Positions 26,528 through 38,821 of a stretch of DNA of 64,000 bases are shown here, in pieces. The DNA is from Tubiluchus corallicola. Taxonomy: Eukaryota; Animalia; Priapulida. The notes under the pieces were generated by a model. It was not told the origin of the DNA and did no database searches. It saw only the letters and a program-made list of their open reading frames with translations. How positions within the stretch are numbered: the stretch's first letter is position 1; the number at the start of each line of letters is the position of its first letter. The DNA lies in NCBI GenBank assembly GCA_030141605.1, contig JAQGDQ010000791.1, forward strand, positions 1 to 64,000. The letters run 5' to 3'. Both the position numbers and the translations under genes were made by a program.

Positions 26528-26773
26528 CTTTATTTAAAGTCGGCTTTTGGGTCAACAATTAACATTAACTCAAAGAGCCATTATCGCCGACTGTAAATAA
26601 TAACCTACAACTACATAACAGAGACTATTATTACCCCACTTTTACCCTAAATACCACGCACCTGGCCGGGCAACAGCAGGTACCATTTTTTAAAGTCTAT
26701 GTTAGGACCATTCGAACTCACGACCTCTCAGAAGGAAAGCAGACGCATTACCACTAGACTAAACAGTCTGGTA
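26462..26773 (-). mobile_element. tRNA-derived SINE with (ATT)n tail
   Basis: Minus strand: A box TAGTCTAGTGG, B box GAGTTCGAAT, body, then AATAAAG(ATT)n (the AAT microsatellite at 26462-26527). Confidence 0.7.
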
Positions 26774-27269
26774 AAGCAATAATGTGACGATACTTTATTT
26801 CCTTATAATAAAATAATCGCGTAAGTTGCCCATTCCATCTGTTATAGCTGTGAACAAATCATAAACACCAATTAGTTGTCATGAAGTCAACTAAAACAAG
26901 CTCAGTAAAATCCCAAAAAGATTCTCTTTTATGCTATTACCGGGAGATTAAGAGTTCAGGGCCTAAACATTGGATTAAAAGTTGGAAGGCCTAAACATAT
27001 ATGTGCAACTACAAGACGTGTGCAAAACATAAGACATTATATACATACATTCCAATTTTGAAACATAGTGACACTGCAGACAAATAAAACAATTATTGAT
27101 AAAACAAATATTATAAAATCACTCCTGTTAGTTATTTTCGTTATCGCCAAGTTTTTTTTCATATTTCCACTTTTTCGAAGAGCTGGAAACACACTTCTTA
27201 TGTGGGGAACTGGCCTCAACAATTATTGCAAATTTTGGAATTTTGCCTTGGGAATTTTGTTTTGTCAGA

Positions 27270-28990
27270 TATTAGGTTACTAATAGGCTTTAAGACTTCA
27301 GAAAGCATAGGCAAAAACTTTGCCAAGTAATTGACAAAACCACATAGTCTTTTTATTCCCGCCTTATCGATTGGAGCTGGCATATTTTGTACCGCTACGA
27401 CCTTGTCAGGGTCAGCTTTAACACCATTAGCACTCAGGCCAAGCTGAAATCCCAAACGGAGCTCTAGTATAACGATATCTACCGAACGGGGAGTATCAAA
27501 TGTTGTTAAATCTTCGGTCTTTTCATCTAGCTTCATGTGATGAAACCCACTTGTCACATCGAAAGTAGAAAAGAGCTTCGCATTGCACAGTCTAGGAGTA
27601 AACTCCTCCATTGTAGGAATATGGTAGATTTCTCGTCTGATAACATTATTCAGTGGTTTAGGATCCAAGCAGATTCTGATACTGCCCGAACGTTTAGTAG
27701 CAGTTGTGTAAGCGTTAGCCCAGTCAGTAGGGTGGTCTACACGTTCATTGATGTTGTTTTGTTCCAGTCTGTCAAGTTCAGTTTTAAATTTATCTCGCAT
27801 GTTATAAGGAAGTCGTCTACATGGTTGAACAACTGGCTGTACAGTAGGATCAATTTTCAAACTTACACATCCAGGGAATTCTCCTGGTACCTCACTGAAA
27901 TTATCAGAAAATTCAGTTAGTAAAGCATTACAATCAGCAACACTACATACATCTGAAACATGTACTGTAGGCCTAGTACCACTATCACTACACAACATAT
28001 TAGCAACATTGGCTGATTCAACCTTTTGAAGTTATTTTCATTTACAGTAATAAGCTTCATTTGCTGTGAAGCACAAGAACCTAACAATAGTACATAATTT
28101 TCATTTACGACCAAAAAGTTCACAGAGTAACTTTTCTTATTCACTGGATTTACAATTGGCAATCTGACTTACCCAATGGGACTTATTTTAGTTTTGTTCC
28201 ACATTTCTAACACAGTGTTTACAGTAGCAAGTTTATCACACAAGCGATGTGGCACAAGTCTTTCAGGTATAATGTTTATACTGGCCCCACAGTCAATCTG
28301 AAAAATCGTAGGTGTACCTTCATAAGCCATTCACTGTAAATCTGAGGCTGTTGCGTGGTACCCTGTTCAGTAGCATGAACAGTATGAGTTACAGTTCCAA
28401 TCACATACTCATTCGACTCTTCCTCACAGTTGGCCATGCCAAAGACACTTTGGTCTCTTCTCGACGGAAATGATTTTTCACGAGTGTCAGTTCTACCTCT
28501 AGATTTGCACATAGACTGAAAATGATTTTTTCCATGGCAAATGTTACACGTTTTGTCATAAGCAGGACATTTTCTCCCATTCATGCTTATGCCCACAGAA
28601 GTGACAGTCAATCACCTTTTTCTTACTACCCGTGGCTTTACTAGCACTACCTTTATTAGTTTTGGGTTTGACAGCTTGCACTTGTTCAGAGTAGGAGGCC
28701 TGTTCAGCCTTTATGTTTTTAAGTTGACTTGTAGACTCAGCAAAAGAGCGACAAATAGTTACTCAATGTTAGTTTAGACTCTTGTAGTAGTCGCTTACGA
28801 GTAACATTGTCAGTTATGCCTAGGACTATTCGATCACGTATCAGACTATCAGTTAGATTGCAGTAATTACACCTTTTGGCTAGTGCGCAAAGATGAGACA
28901 TAGGCATCGATTGTTTCACCAGGATTTTGATCGCGTTTATTAAAACAATATCGTTCGTAAGTTTCATTAGTTTCTCCGACACACATTGCA
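27270..28990 (-). mobile_element. Ty3/Gypsy gag-pol remnant, frameshifted and internally deleted
   Basis: gag ETNETYERYCFNKRDQ..ETIDAY, SLIRDRIVLGI; zinc knuckle CPAYDKTCNICHGKNHFQSMC; protease FQIDCGA; RT IRICLDPKPLN, FSTFDVTSGFHHM, ADPDKV. Confidence 0.9.
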
Positions 28991-29850
28991 GTTCCTGTGA
29001 TGAAGTGTTGCATATTCTGTCGTGTTGTTAAGCGCTTTGGCTTGGTCTTCTTCCACACCTTGAAACCTTCGTTGTTTGTTTCGTTGCCCATGTTCTTCGG
29101 GATATTAGAGCGAGTCTGCTCCATTCCACTGCCACTCTCTCTGGATGTTGACTGTAAAGCAGCTGAATAGCTTTTCTGGTTTTGGGGGGGATGCACTGAC
29201 AAATTTGTCTGTGTATTTAAGCGTCTTTCCAAAATCTCTTCGAGATCATCCTTGCTGACACAATTGTTTTTCAGTGAAGCCAGATCCTGTTGCACAGTCT
29301 GCAGTTGTTTTAGTAATACTGATGTGTCCACAGATTTTAAACTCAATGGTGGTATATTCTGTGAGTACACAGCAGCAAATCTGGGCGCAGGCTCAGCATT
29401 TGTTATTGGTCCATACTGCAGTAATTTCAATATATCACTGCACACTGCATTTTTCCTGGTCGGGCCGATCCTATTCTTGACGAAGTCGGGACATCCAGAT
29501 TCAGAACGGTCCGTCGCTGCCGGTATCAATTTAGTAAGCTGTAATTTCGCCTCGTCACACTGCTCTTCTGTCAAAAGTCATGAATAACAGACAGTAGGTC
29601 AGTAAAAGCTACTCCTGCTTGTAACTGATTTTGAGCAAAATAATTAAGCTCATTATGCAGAAGAACAAACTTGCTCTCATCTACTTGGCTAGAAATTGCG
29701 GAACTTAGATTATCTTTATTGCTGCTAGTAAAAGGTACTGGTACAACTGTACCATTACTTTCTGAGATTCTCGCACAATAACATTTGCTGCAGAGGATCA
29801 AATAGCCAAATTCAATTCTTGTTGTAGCGTTCGGATACTTCCGTCTACAC

Positions 29851-31996
29851 CAGGAGTGTCCAACCTTTTTGAACTGAGGGCCAAGTGTACAACCTTCAAA
29901 GCAGTCGCGGGCCGGATTAGCAATTTCACAACCACAAAAAGACAATGAAGCACAAAATACATTTTATGTTACATTTAAGCTAGAAGAGACAGTCTTGTAA
30001 GTTTATGCTTTTGATCAGTTTAATGTGAAATCTGGCACTGCTTTTGTTTGCACAAGTAGTCTATGTCTGCTCCAACAGTAGAAGTCGCAATGTGCAATGA
30101 AGCTGCCAAATGTTCGTCTGTAAGCAGAGATCTTGACTTCGATTTCGTGTTTTTCATTCTAGAAAACAGTTGCTCGCAACAGTAGGTGCTTCTGAACAGA
30201 GCAGTGAACTTCCTGGCCTCCCGGGACAGATTGATATAATTGTCTGATGACACATAGCGGCTGTAGAAGTGCAGCAGATCATGCTCAGTGAAAGCTGTTT
30301 TCAACTCATTGTCATTCTGAATGTCAATGAGTTCCAGCTGGTATTTATCAGCAGCGTCAGTTGGATCAACTGAAAATGGATTACTGATTAGCTTCATGGT
30401 GTCCGAGTGCCTTCTGAAATCCTCGAACCGTTGCTCGAAGTCATCAGCCAGTTTGGCAAGTAAATCAGAGTACTTTTCATATTGTACTGTATCAGCAGGC
30501 CTCGACGAGAGCACTTGGCAGTGTACCGCTTTCTTCAGAACCAGCTGTGACTGAATTAACTTCAACTTTTGAATGAATGTCACAACATGTTAATACAACT
30601 TGTGCACCAGCTGGTCCTTTCCTTGAAGTCTGATGTTCAACTCTGCCATGAATTTCGTCATGTCGACTAGAAACGCCAAGTCGTTCAACCACGAGTCATC
30701 ATCCAGGAAACATACGTCCTTTCCTTTGTTTGTCATGAATGTCTTTATTTCATCACATAGACTCCAGAATCTGAACAATGTTGATGCCTTGCTAAGCCAA
30801 CAAACTTGGCAGAAGTAAACCACATCATCATGATCTGAGTCCACTTTCTCTAGAAACGATTTAAACTCCCTGTGATTGAGGCCTCTAGACCTGATGAAGT
30901 TGACAGCTGATACAACTTTATCCATCACGTGCTTCATTTCAAGGGTCTTGGCACACAGGTTTTCTTGATGTATAATGCAGTGGTGTGCAATGATTTCATG
31001 AGGCACCGATTTTGCCAACAACATTACAAATCCGTTTTGCTTCCCTGTCATGGCAGGAGCCCCATCTGTCGTAATGCCAATCAGTTTGTTCGTAGAAAGG
31101 TTGAATTTCTTAATTACCCGATTCACTTGTTCAAAGATGTCCTTTCGTGTTGTGGTGCCCTTCATTGGACAAATATCCAACAACAAAAGTTTTCGTAACT
31201 CCTCTTACAAATACAGCCAGTTGAGCGGTGTCACTTATGTCCGTGCTCTCATCAACCGCTAAGCTGTAGAACTCGCAACCGCTGAGTCTCTGGATCAATG
31301 TGTCTTCAATATTTTTTGCCATGACATCAACTCTTCTAGAAACAATTTGGTGAGAAAGACTGACATTTTCTACGACAGACTTCTTCTCAGGGAAGACCAC
31401 ATCCGTAAATATTTGCAAGCAATCCTTCACAAACTGCCCATCTGAAAACGGTTTTCCTTTCTTGGCAATAGTCTCTGCTACTAAAAAGCTAACCTTGGTT
31501 GCTGCTTCAGAAATCTGAGTCGCTACTTTGAAGAAGGACTGCTGACCAGCGATACTTTGTTTCAACGAGTTGATTCGATCAGTCCGGGTTTGACCAACCA
31601 GGCTATCAAATTTACTAGCATGCTTCGTGCTGTAATGTCGCTTGATGTTGTACTCCTTCTGAACAGCGATAGTTTCTTGACAAATCAAACACAATACGCT
31701 ACCAAAATGTTCCGTCACGAAAAAATCTTCCGTCCACGAACATTTGAACAAGCGATTTTCAACATCAATTTTACGTTTCTTATGTGCTGGCGCCGCCATT
31801 ACTATCTTTACGTTTAAACTGTCTGTCTGCCTTGCGGCGACCTGCTGAGTCAGAAATCGAAGTCACGTGTTAATGACTGTGACCTTCATGGATTGTTGAC
31901 GACCGGCAAATCTGATAGTTGAGTTACAAGTGCAGCTGTCTATTAAATTTTGACAAAATAAGAGAAACTTCGCGGGCCGTATGTTGGACACTCCTG
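29851..31996 (-). mobile_element. Full-length-sized hAT (Charlie/Buster; SPIN/GTF2IRD2-like) DNA transposon
   Basis: 14-bp TIR CAGGAGTGTCCAAC; perfect 8-bp TSD GTCTACAC at 29843-29850 and 31997-32004. Confidence 0.95.
30020..31799 (-). pseudogene. hAT transposase with one frameshifting deletion (about 31185) and one in-frame stop (30590-30592)
   Basis: KKRKID..R.FK.SW, CLIC..YNIKRHY (BED finger), SLAVDESTD, ITTDGAPAM, HCIIHQENLC, STYCCEQLFSRM...QCQISH. Confidence 0.93.
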
Positions 31997-32422
31997 GTCT
32001 ACACAAAACACATGTTAACAGAGATTATGGAATAAAGACCAATCCAAATCGGCCGTGGCGAGAATGGCGGCAATTAAGAATGGCCAAACCCGTTAGACCA
32101 TGTAGTTCTTGTAATTATGACTACGACCATTTCTAGTATAATTTTTTCAAATAAATAAAAAACCGCTCCACTTAAAGCTTATCCAATAACACCAATGTAA
32201 AGTCCGTAACAAGACGCACAATTACGTAACACTTGTTTTAATACCCTTTCTCTCTAAATGAACATTTTTGCCACAATTTATCAGAGCCGTTGTTACCCGA
32301 AAACTACACAAAACCGCGTGACCGTCACCGTGAGAGAGAGAGAGAGAGAGATTATTATTATTATAACTCTATTTTATTATATATATTAACATAAATACAT
32401 ACATAATATACATAAATTCCCT

Positions 32423-33600
32423 CTATTTGCAGGGACCAGTATGAACATTATTGTAATAAGTTAGAAAATAATTACAATTATCCCTTAGTCTCAAAATTGT
32501 CTTCATATGCAAACCTTTGTGCCGGAAACAAAACTGCTTTATCTGGTGCCATGTTTTCCACGCCTTTTTCCTGGTATCTAGCACATGAGCGTTAAAATTT
32601 AATTGATTGTCCACTGTGACCCCCAGCACTTTGCTTTTTCTTACATAATCAATAGGATTATTTCCAAATTTGAGGTTTGGTGGGTCTGGTTCCCAATTCA
32701 AAATTTTTGAGTTCTTGTACAAAATGGCTTCAGTTTTGTTTTTGGCACAGTTTATGTTCATCCGCCACTTCTTACACCAAGTGTACAGTTTATCACAACA
32801 TTTTTGTGCTTTTAAATAACATTCATAGTTTGTGTCAGCTGTGACATCATCTGCATATTTAAATTTTTCACAGCATACTTCATCATCTATTGAATCAAAC
32901 ATGTCAATAACATACAACAAAAACAATAATGGTGACAAAACGGAACCTTGTGGGAGACCCAACTGACAATTGTACTTTGGAGATGTATGACCATTAATAC
33001 GTAAAACAATATTCCTATTTTTTAAAAATGTACTAATAAGACACAACATGTTTCCGTTAATACCATATTGATACAACTTGTACAATAGCCCATTAATCCA
33101 AACACTGTCGAAAGCTTTTTGAAAGTCGCAAAGAATTGCAATGCAGCTTGTTTTAAGTAAATTTGTTCTAGTCAGGTTAGAAATAAGCCTGACCAAGTAG
33201 CGTACTGTACTGTGCTTGGGCCTGAAGCCTTCTTGCTCATCATCAATAATGTCATATGCATTACAAAATTGTCTTACACGATTTTCAAGAAGCTTTTCTG
33301 CTAGTTTTCCATAGTAGGAGGTAATGCTGATAGGTCTATAATTATTAGGGTCACTATAACCGGACTTGCCATTCTTTTTAATAAATGTAACCTTTGAGTC
33401 ATTCCATGGCCAAATATTGTTGTCTAAGCGAGAGAGAGAGAGAGAGGGAGAGGGAGAGGGAGAGGGAGAGGGAGAGAGGGAGATGGAGAGGGAGAGAATT
33501 CTTGTAGCACCATTGCAGTTTTCCAAAGAGATAGATGATATTGCTTTTAAAGCTGCGCATGCTCGTTGCGACAAACTTGCCTGGATGAAACATTAGCCTA
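32423..33600 (-). mobile_element. LINE reverse transcriptase fragment with an embedded (GA)n tract
   Basis: YRPISITS, QEGFR, DFQKAFDSV, GLPQGSVLSPLLF, YADD, KVLGVTVD. Confidence 0.92.
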
Positions 33601-34900
33601 CAAAAGGCTAAACCTGCAATTCATAGATACAGTGGCCTATGGGGGGGGGCTTGGATGTCTACTGGATTTAGCATCCCAGCTAGATGAGTTGGTGCAAGTT
33701 ATAGAAAAGAAATTGATACAGTAACAAATAGCTAAGTGTTTGGAAATTAAGTTAAAGGAATTCAACTGCTTCGTATATAAGAGGGTTTATTACTACTGTA
33801 TACACTGTGACACAAGATATCACAATAATGGATTTTAATAAGATTAATCTTAACGTAGATTATTGTCTTTTAAATGTAATTTAAACTTCAGTCTATTTTA
33901 ATTAATGTTAGCTAAAGTTGTATTATAATTAATGTAATGTACTGGAAATCTTGCATTGGCGTGCTTTGTGGCCTTCGCTTGTTGTTGGCTTTGGCCACCT
34001 TGTGGTGATTTTTGACCTAATCACGTGATCAATTTGATCTGGGTTAGAGGCCTACTGTGAAGTGAAGACGTGTCATAAGTTGATAAGATATTGTCGTTAT
34101 CTGTTACAATTGCTTATGATTTGGGGCTAATAATATACGTATATACTCTAATTACTTTATTGAATTTAAATTTAATTTAAGATAACAGCTAGGTATTAAT
34201 TAATACGACAGTACAGTGTAGAACTCTTAATTTTGTAAAATTGACTTTTGGCTAGTGTTATTTTTTGTTATTTGTTTATTTGTTATTTTTGGCACTAATT
34301 TCTTATGTTTAGATGGAATGACATGTTTTGGCAAATAAAGAGCAAAGAAAGAAATTTAATCGAGCTTCGAATTTACTTTTGAAAGCCCAAACATGTTGTC
34401 GTTGTGAACGACCGAAAATCATAAAAAATACATTTAATTTGCAATTAGACTAATAACCTGTTAAACCGCTATTACTGTAGTAGATATGGCTTCTATCTAT
34501 CTGTTACCTATTCTAAATATGGGTTTAACCTAATAGTAAACGGCTGCTCTAGTTTTGCTATATTCTGTACTAGCAGTTGGCTCTTACAAGACATTATATG
34601 CAGACATCATTTTACCTATATTTCTGTGGAAACTTCTGTATCAATAAACGTTTAAAGTATATTCTACTGTTATACCTTTTGTCAACACGACACATGTAAT
34701 GCAAATTACTATTCGGGTTTCAAGAATTTTTCATAAACTTTTAAAACGTTTAAATAGATTAAGAGAAGGTTCATTAGGGTACATAAATAAACTTTCTTTC
34801 ATTAATATGTCCCAGTTAGTTTAAAGTTGGTTTTTCTTCCCCTATAAACGCCATTTCTTTCGTCCGAGTCTGTACTCTGATATTAAGAATACCAGCATAC

Positions 34901-35000
34901 ATCATCATCATCATCATCATCATCAATGAATCATACGTCCAGGGACATGATTCTGCTCACCTCTCTATGCCAGGACTTCCTACACGCTGCAATGCATTAC
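34901..35000 (-). mobile_element. 5'-truncated LINE 3' end with (GAT)n tail
   Basis: 11-bp TSD TACCAGCATAC at 34890-34900 and 35001-35011 flanking a 100-bp insert that starts with (ATC)n. Confidence 0.8.
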
Positions 35001-35046
35001 TACCAGCATACGCCATACAACAGAACAATCGTTATGTCATAACCTG

Positions 35047-35065
35047 GTTACCATGGTATCACGTG
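35047..35065. promoter_or_regulatory. Candidate RFX X-box-like motif overlapping an E-box
   Basis: GTTACCATGGTATC followed by CACGTG, about 120-135 bp upstream of ATG 35183. Confidence 0.25.
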
Positions 35066-35182
35066 AACGGTTTATACCTTTGTACAGCATTCTATGTATC
35101 CAGCAACGTACATGTACAAGATACTTTGCATCTATGAAATTTTAGTGATGCTGGTTATACTAGTGTTAATCATTTATTTGTG

Positions 35183-35297
35183 ATGCCTAGATTAGAATCG
35201 CCTATTCATTACGTTGCATGGTGCACGGGACTAATTATCGTTACCTGTTTAGTTATCTTGTTCGTCAAGACGGAAGCTATTCGAAGAAATCGTCAAG
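35183..35297 (+). CDS. Candidate orphan membrane protein, exon 1 (signal peptide)
   Basis: MPRLESPIHYVAWCTGLIIVTCLVILFVKTEAIRRNRQ, then phase-1 donor CAAG|GTATCG, compatible with the phase-1 acceptor at 38232. Confidence 0.55.
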
Positions 35298-35346
35298 GTA
35301 TCGAAGAAAGACGTGTGAATTCATGAAACTCAATGAGTAATTTTAT

Positions 35347-36367
35347 TACAAGTTGCAAGTAAAAAAATCTTGATTATGATTTACGAGTCTTTGTTACCAG
35401 TTGCAAGTAAAAAATCTTGATTATGATTTACGAGTCTTTGTTACCAGTTGCAAGTAAAAAAATCTTGATTATGATTTACGAGTCTTTGTTACCAGTTGCA
35501 AGTAAAAAAATCTTGATTATGATTTACGAGTCTTTGTTACCAGTTGCAAGTAAAAAAATCTTGATTATGATTTACGAGTCTTTGTTACCAGTTGCAAGTA
35601 AAAAAATCTTGATTATGATTTACGAGTCTTTGTTACCAGTTGCAAGTACAAAAAATCTTGATTATGATTCACGAGTCTTTGTTACCAGTTGCAAGTAAAA
35701 AAATCTTGATTATGATTTACGAGTCTTTGTTACCAGTTGCAAGTAAAAAAAATCTTGATTATGATTCACGAGTCTTTGTTACCAGTTGCAAGTAAAAAAA
35801 TCTTGATTATGATTTACGAGTCTTTGTTACCAGTTGCAAGTACAAAAAATCTTGATTATGATTCACGAGTCTTTGTTACCAGTTGCAAGTAAAAAAAATC
35901 TTGATTATGATTCACGAGTCTTTGTTACCAGTTGCAAGTAAAAAAATCTTGATTATGATTTACGAGTCTTTGTTACCAGTTGCAAGTACAAAAAATCTTG
36001 ATTATGATTTACGAGTCTTTGTTACCAGTTGCAAGTAAAAAAAATCTTGATTATGATTCACGAGTCTTTGTTACCAGTTGCAAGTAAAAAAATCTTGATT
36101 ATGATTTACGAGTCTTTGTTACCAGTTGCAAGTACAAAAAATCTTGATTATGATTCACGAGTCTTTGTTACCAGTTGCAAGTAAAAAAATCTTGATTATG
36201 ATTTACGAGTCTTTGTTACCAGTTGCAAGTAAAAAAAATCTTGATTATGATTCACGAGTCTTTGTTACCAGTTGCAAGTAAAAAAATCTTGATTATGATT
36301 TACGAGTCTTTGTTACCAGTTGCAAGTAAAAAAATCTTGATTATGATTTACGAGTCTTTGTTACCAG
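35347..36367. repeat. 48-49 bp minisatellite array
   Basis: About 21 copies of CCAGTTGCAAGTAAAAAAATCTTGATTATGATTYACGAGTCTTTGTTA. Confidence 0.95.
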
Positions 36368-36382
36368 ATTTTGTACTTTTGT

Positions 36383-36822
36383 CAGTTGCGTAGCTAACAG
36401 GGGAGCAAATTGTCCCAAATCTAATTATTATTATTATATATATTCTTGCCACGTGATTGTTTAGCAGTAAACCTACTGATAATTATATAATTACAAATTC
36501 AAGTTTCAGGGTCTTTTTTGCTTTATTATGAGGGTGTTCTATGATGTCTGTTGTTAAGATTATTTAGAAAAACAATCTTACTATCATAGATTTTTTTCTT
36601 ATAAGGAATGTCATGGAAAAAACTTTTTATTGTGTTTTAATTTTAAACACAAAATAACAATTACGCACTTCCTTTAAAACTGTATCTTCCTCGTGTTTTG
36701 ATTCTAAACACAAAGTTAAAATTTATAATCAGTATGTTAAAAATTGTTTGGTATGTGTCATGGCGGCTTTTTTGTGTGCTTGCCGCCCTCCCTCGTAACT
36801 TTAAAACTTGGCTACGCCCCCC
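36383..36822. mobile_element. hAT-like MITE family E (CAGGGGCGTAGC-type termini)
   Basis: CAGTTGCGTAGC ... GGCTACGCCCC; 3' part homologous to 43500-43665. Confidence 0.6.
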
Positions 36823-37284
36823 CCCCCCCGAGCGTTGTGTGATCAGTCTGTAACAGCTGAATGGAAAGTTTTGAAAAGCCTAGTTCTACAAAATTTTTCA
36901 AAACACAGGAAATGTTAACTATGAACTATGAATTATTTTCACACATCAAAAAATGCGATATCAAACACATTAATAAACTTTAAATAAAATAATTTGAGTA
37001 GTGCGAGGTGAGTGTACGACCATTAACACACTCACAGTACTTAAATGAAAAAAATGATTATAGTTATGCATGCTTCTGTAGATAACTTAATGTAAATAAG
37101 GATGAAGTAAATGATGTAATAATAACAATGGTATAAGAGCAATGAACCTGAAAGTTGAGAAAGGAAAACATAATATGTAATTACGACTTTGAGTGAGCCT
37201 TAAAAGAGTGAAAAAAAATTTGTAAATAGTTACCAAGGCCTGGCCTTGGTGCACATAATTGCTAACACAAATGAAGGTCACTGC

Positions 37285-38172
37285 TAGGGTTGCCACCACT
37301 TCTGATTTGGCCTGGAGTCTAGGGTTGCCATCACTCCTGATTTGGCCTGGAGTCGAGGGTTGCCACCACTCCTGATTTGGCCTGGAGTCTAGGGTTGCCA
37401 TCACTCCTGGTTTGGCCTGGAGTCGAGGGTTGCCATCGCTCCTGATTTGGCCTGGAGTCTAGGGTTGCCATCACTCCTGGTTTGGCCTGGAGTCGAGGGT
37501 TGCCATCGCTCCTGATTTCGCCCGGAGTGTCCTGAAATTCAGCAATGATTCGTACTTCAGTCGGATTTGTAAAAAAATTCAGAAATTTCATGAATTTGAC
37601 CATCAGATTGAAATTTAGGTGGAAAAAAGCGTAAATACAACTTGCTTGCTATTGAAACTTTGCAAAAGATTAAACCAAAAAAACAGCTGCATCTCTGCCA
37701 ATTAAGGTAACAGTAAATTTATTAAATTGAGTTTAATCACTTGCATGGCTTCATCATTTCGTCCCATGAACATTTTTCACCAATTTTTGCTGCAGTGGCA
37801 GCTGTTGCAAATCAAATATTCTTCCCGTTTAGCTTGAATTCACATAACATAAAGTGCTTAATATTTTAGTTGCTAAACCCCGATCCCAGAATCCTCAGAA
37901 AACGTGAGAAATGTGACTGGGAAGAAACTCCAGAAATTGATGTAGACTGATTGCACTTTTGTAAGTTTTAGACTTTTAGGGCCTTTGTGGAGTCTAAAAT
38001 CAATAATTCGTACTGATTTGCAGTTTGAATTTTTGATTCCAGTTTCTGAAAAAGACCTCATAAAGCATCTAAAATGCAGGAAATGTTTGGTTTGGACCCC
38101 TTGGGGGAGATTACAGGCCCCCTGGCCAAGTCTTCACTCCTGGTTTCAATACATAATGGGGTGGCAACCCTA
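37285..38172. mobile_element. hAT-like MITE (TAGGGTTGCCAC TIR) with its left terminus amplified as a 35-bp tandem array
   Basis: TIRs TAGGGTTGCCACC / GGTGGCAACCCTA; imperfect TSD GTCACTGC / GCCACTGT; 7 copies of AGGGTTGCCAYCRCTCCTGRTTTGGCCTGGAGTCK. Confidence 0.85.
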
Positions 38173-38231
38173 GCCACTGTTAATAAACCATGTTCGTATT
38201 CCAGTAATTGTTTATAAATTTTTTATTTTAG

Positions 38232-38821
38232 AATCAATTGAAAATAATGACGTTAGCGTATCTATGAAACAGACTCTCAGCGATTCGAGAAATTGTGCAA
38301 ATAAGACCTCCCACAACAGTAAACATTGCCGTAATAGTACGAAGCTGGAAGATGATTTTTTGTCAACAGAAAATCATTGTTTATTTCAAATTTTATACTC
38401 GAGAGGAAAACTTTGTGTGGCGTGGTGGACAGTGGTCGTTGTTGTTTGCGTAACAGTGACCGTTGTTGTGGTCATCATTGTTACTGTCATTTATTTCATC
38501 GTGGAACAATCAAAATTTCGCGCCAATTCATGGTGGAAATCCGTGAAGCCAGTGACGTCAGTAATGGCGGAAGGATACCATATTTCACGAGCTAGTAGTA
38601 GTGCGGAGAGTTTTCTAAATTCTGTGGATACGTCTTCACCATCGGCGTACACACATACATGCTCACAAGTATACACACCCTCATCACAACCAAGACGAAG
38701 CACCCGATACACGCCTTTGTATCTCAGTTCACCTGCTTCCCAGTCAAGGTACAATGGACGATACATACGGTCGTATCATTCGACGCCTTTGTGTAATTCC
38801 TCTAGTGGTGACGAGGAATGA
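38232..38821 (+). CDS. Candidate orphan membrane protein, exon 2 (ectodomain, TM helix, S/P/Y-rich tail)
   Basis: TTTTATTTTAG acceptor; 590-nt open frame with higher GC than its flanks; Val/Ile-rich TM WWTVVVVVCVTVTVVVVIIVTVIYFIV; stop TGA at 38819-38821. Confidence 0.7.

Larger units (their letters stand above)
28991..32330 (-). mobile_element. LINE (CR1/L2-group-like) 5' end and ORF1, interrupted by the hAT element
   Basis: NELNYFAQN...DF..EEQCDEAK...RIGPTRK..CSDI...PRFAA...IPP...DTSVLLKQLQ coiled coil, SYSAAL, EGFKVW..K are typical non-LTR ORF1 features; Cys-rich N-terminus split by the TSD. Confidence 0.65.

Noticed and set aside
26700-26773. tRNA gene (also 1846-1915 and 61864-61935)
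   Set aside because: A and B boxes are present but there is no intact cloverleaf; context indicates SINE heads.
33933-34392. Possible solo LTR (TG...AACA with AATAAA)
   Set aside because: No TSD, no second copy in the window, and no clear primer-binding site.
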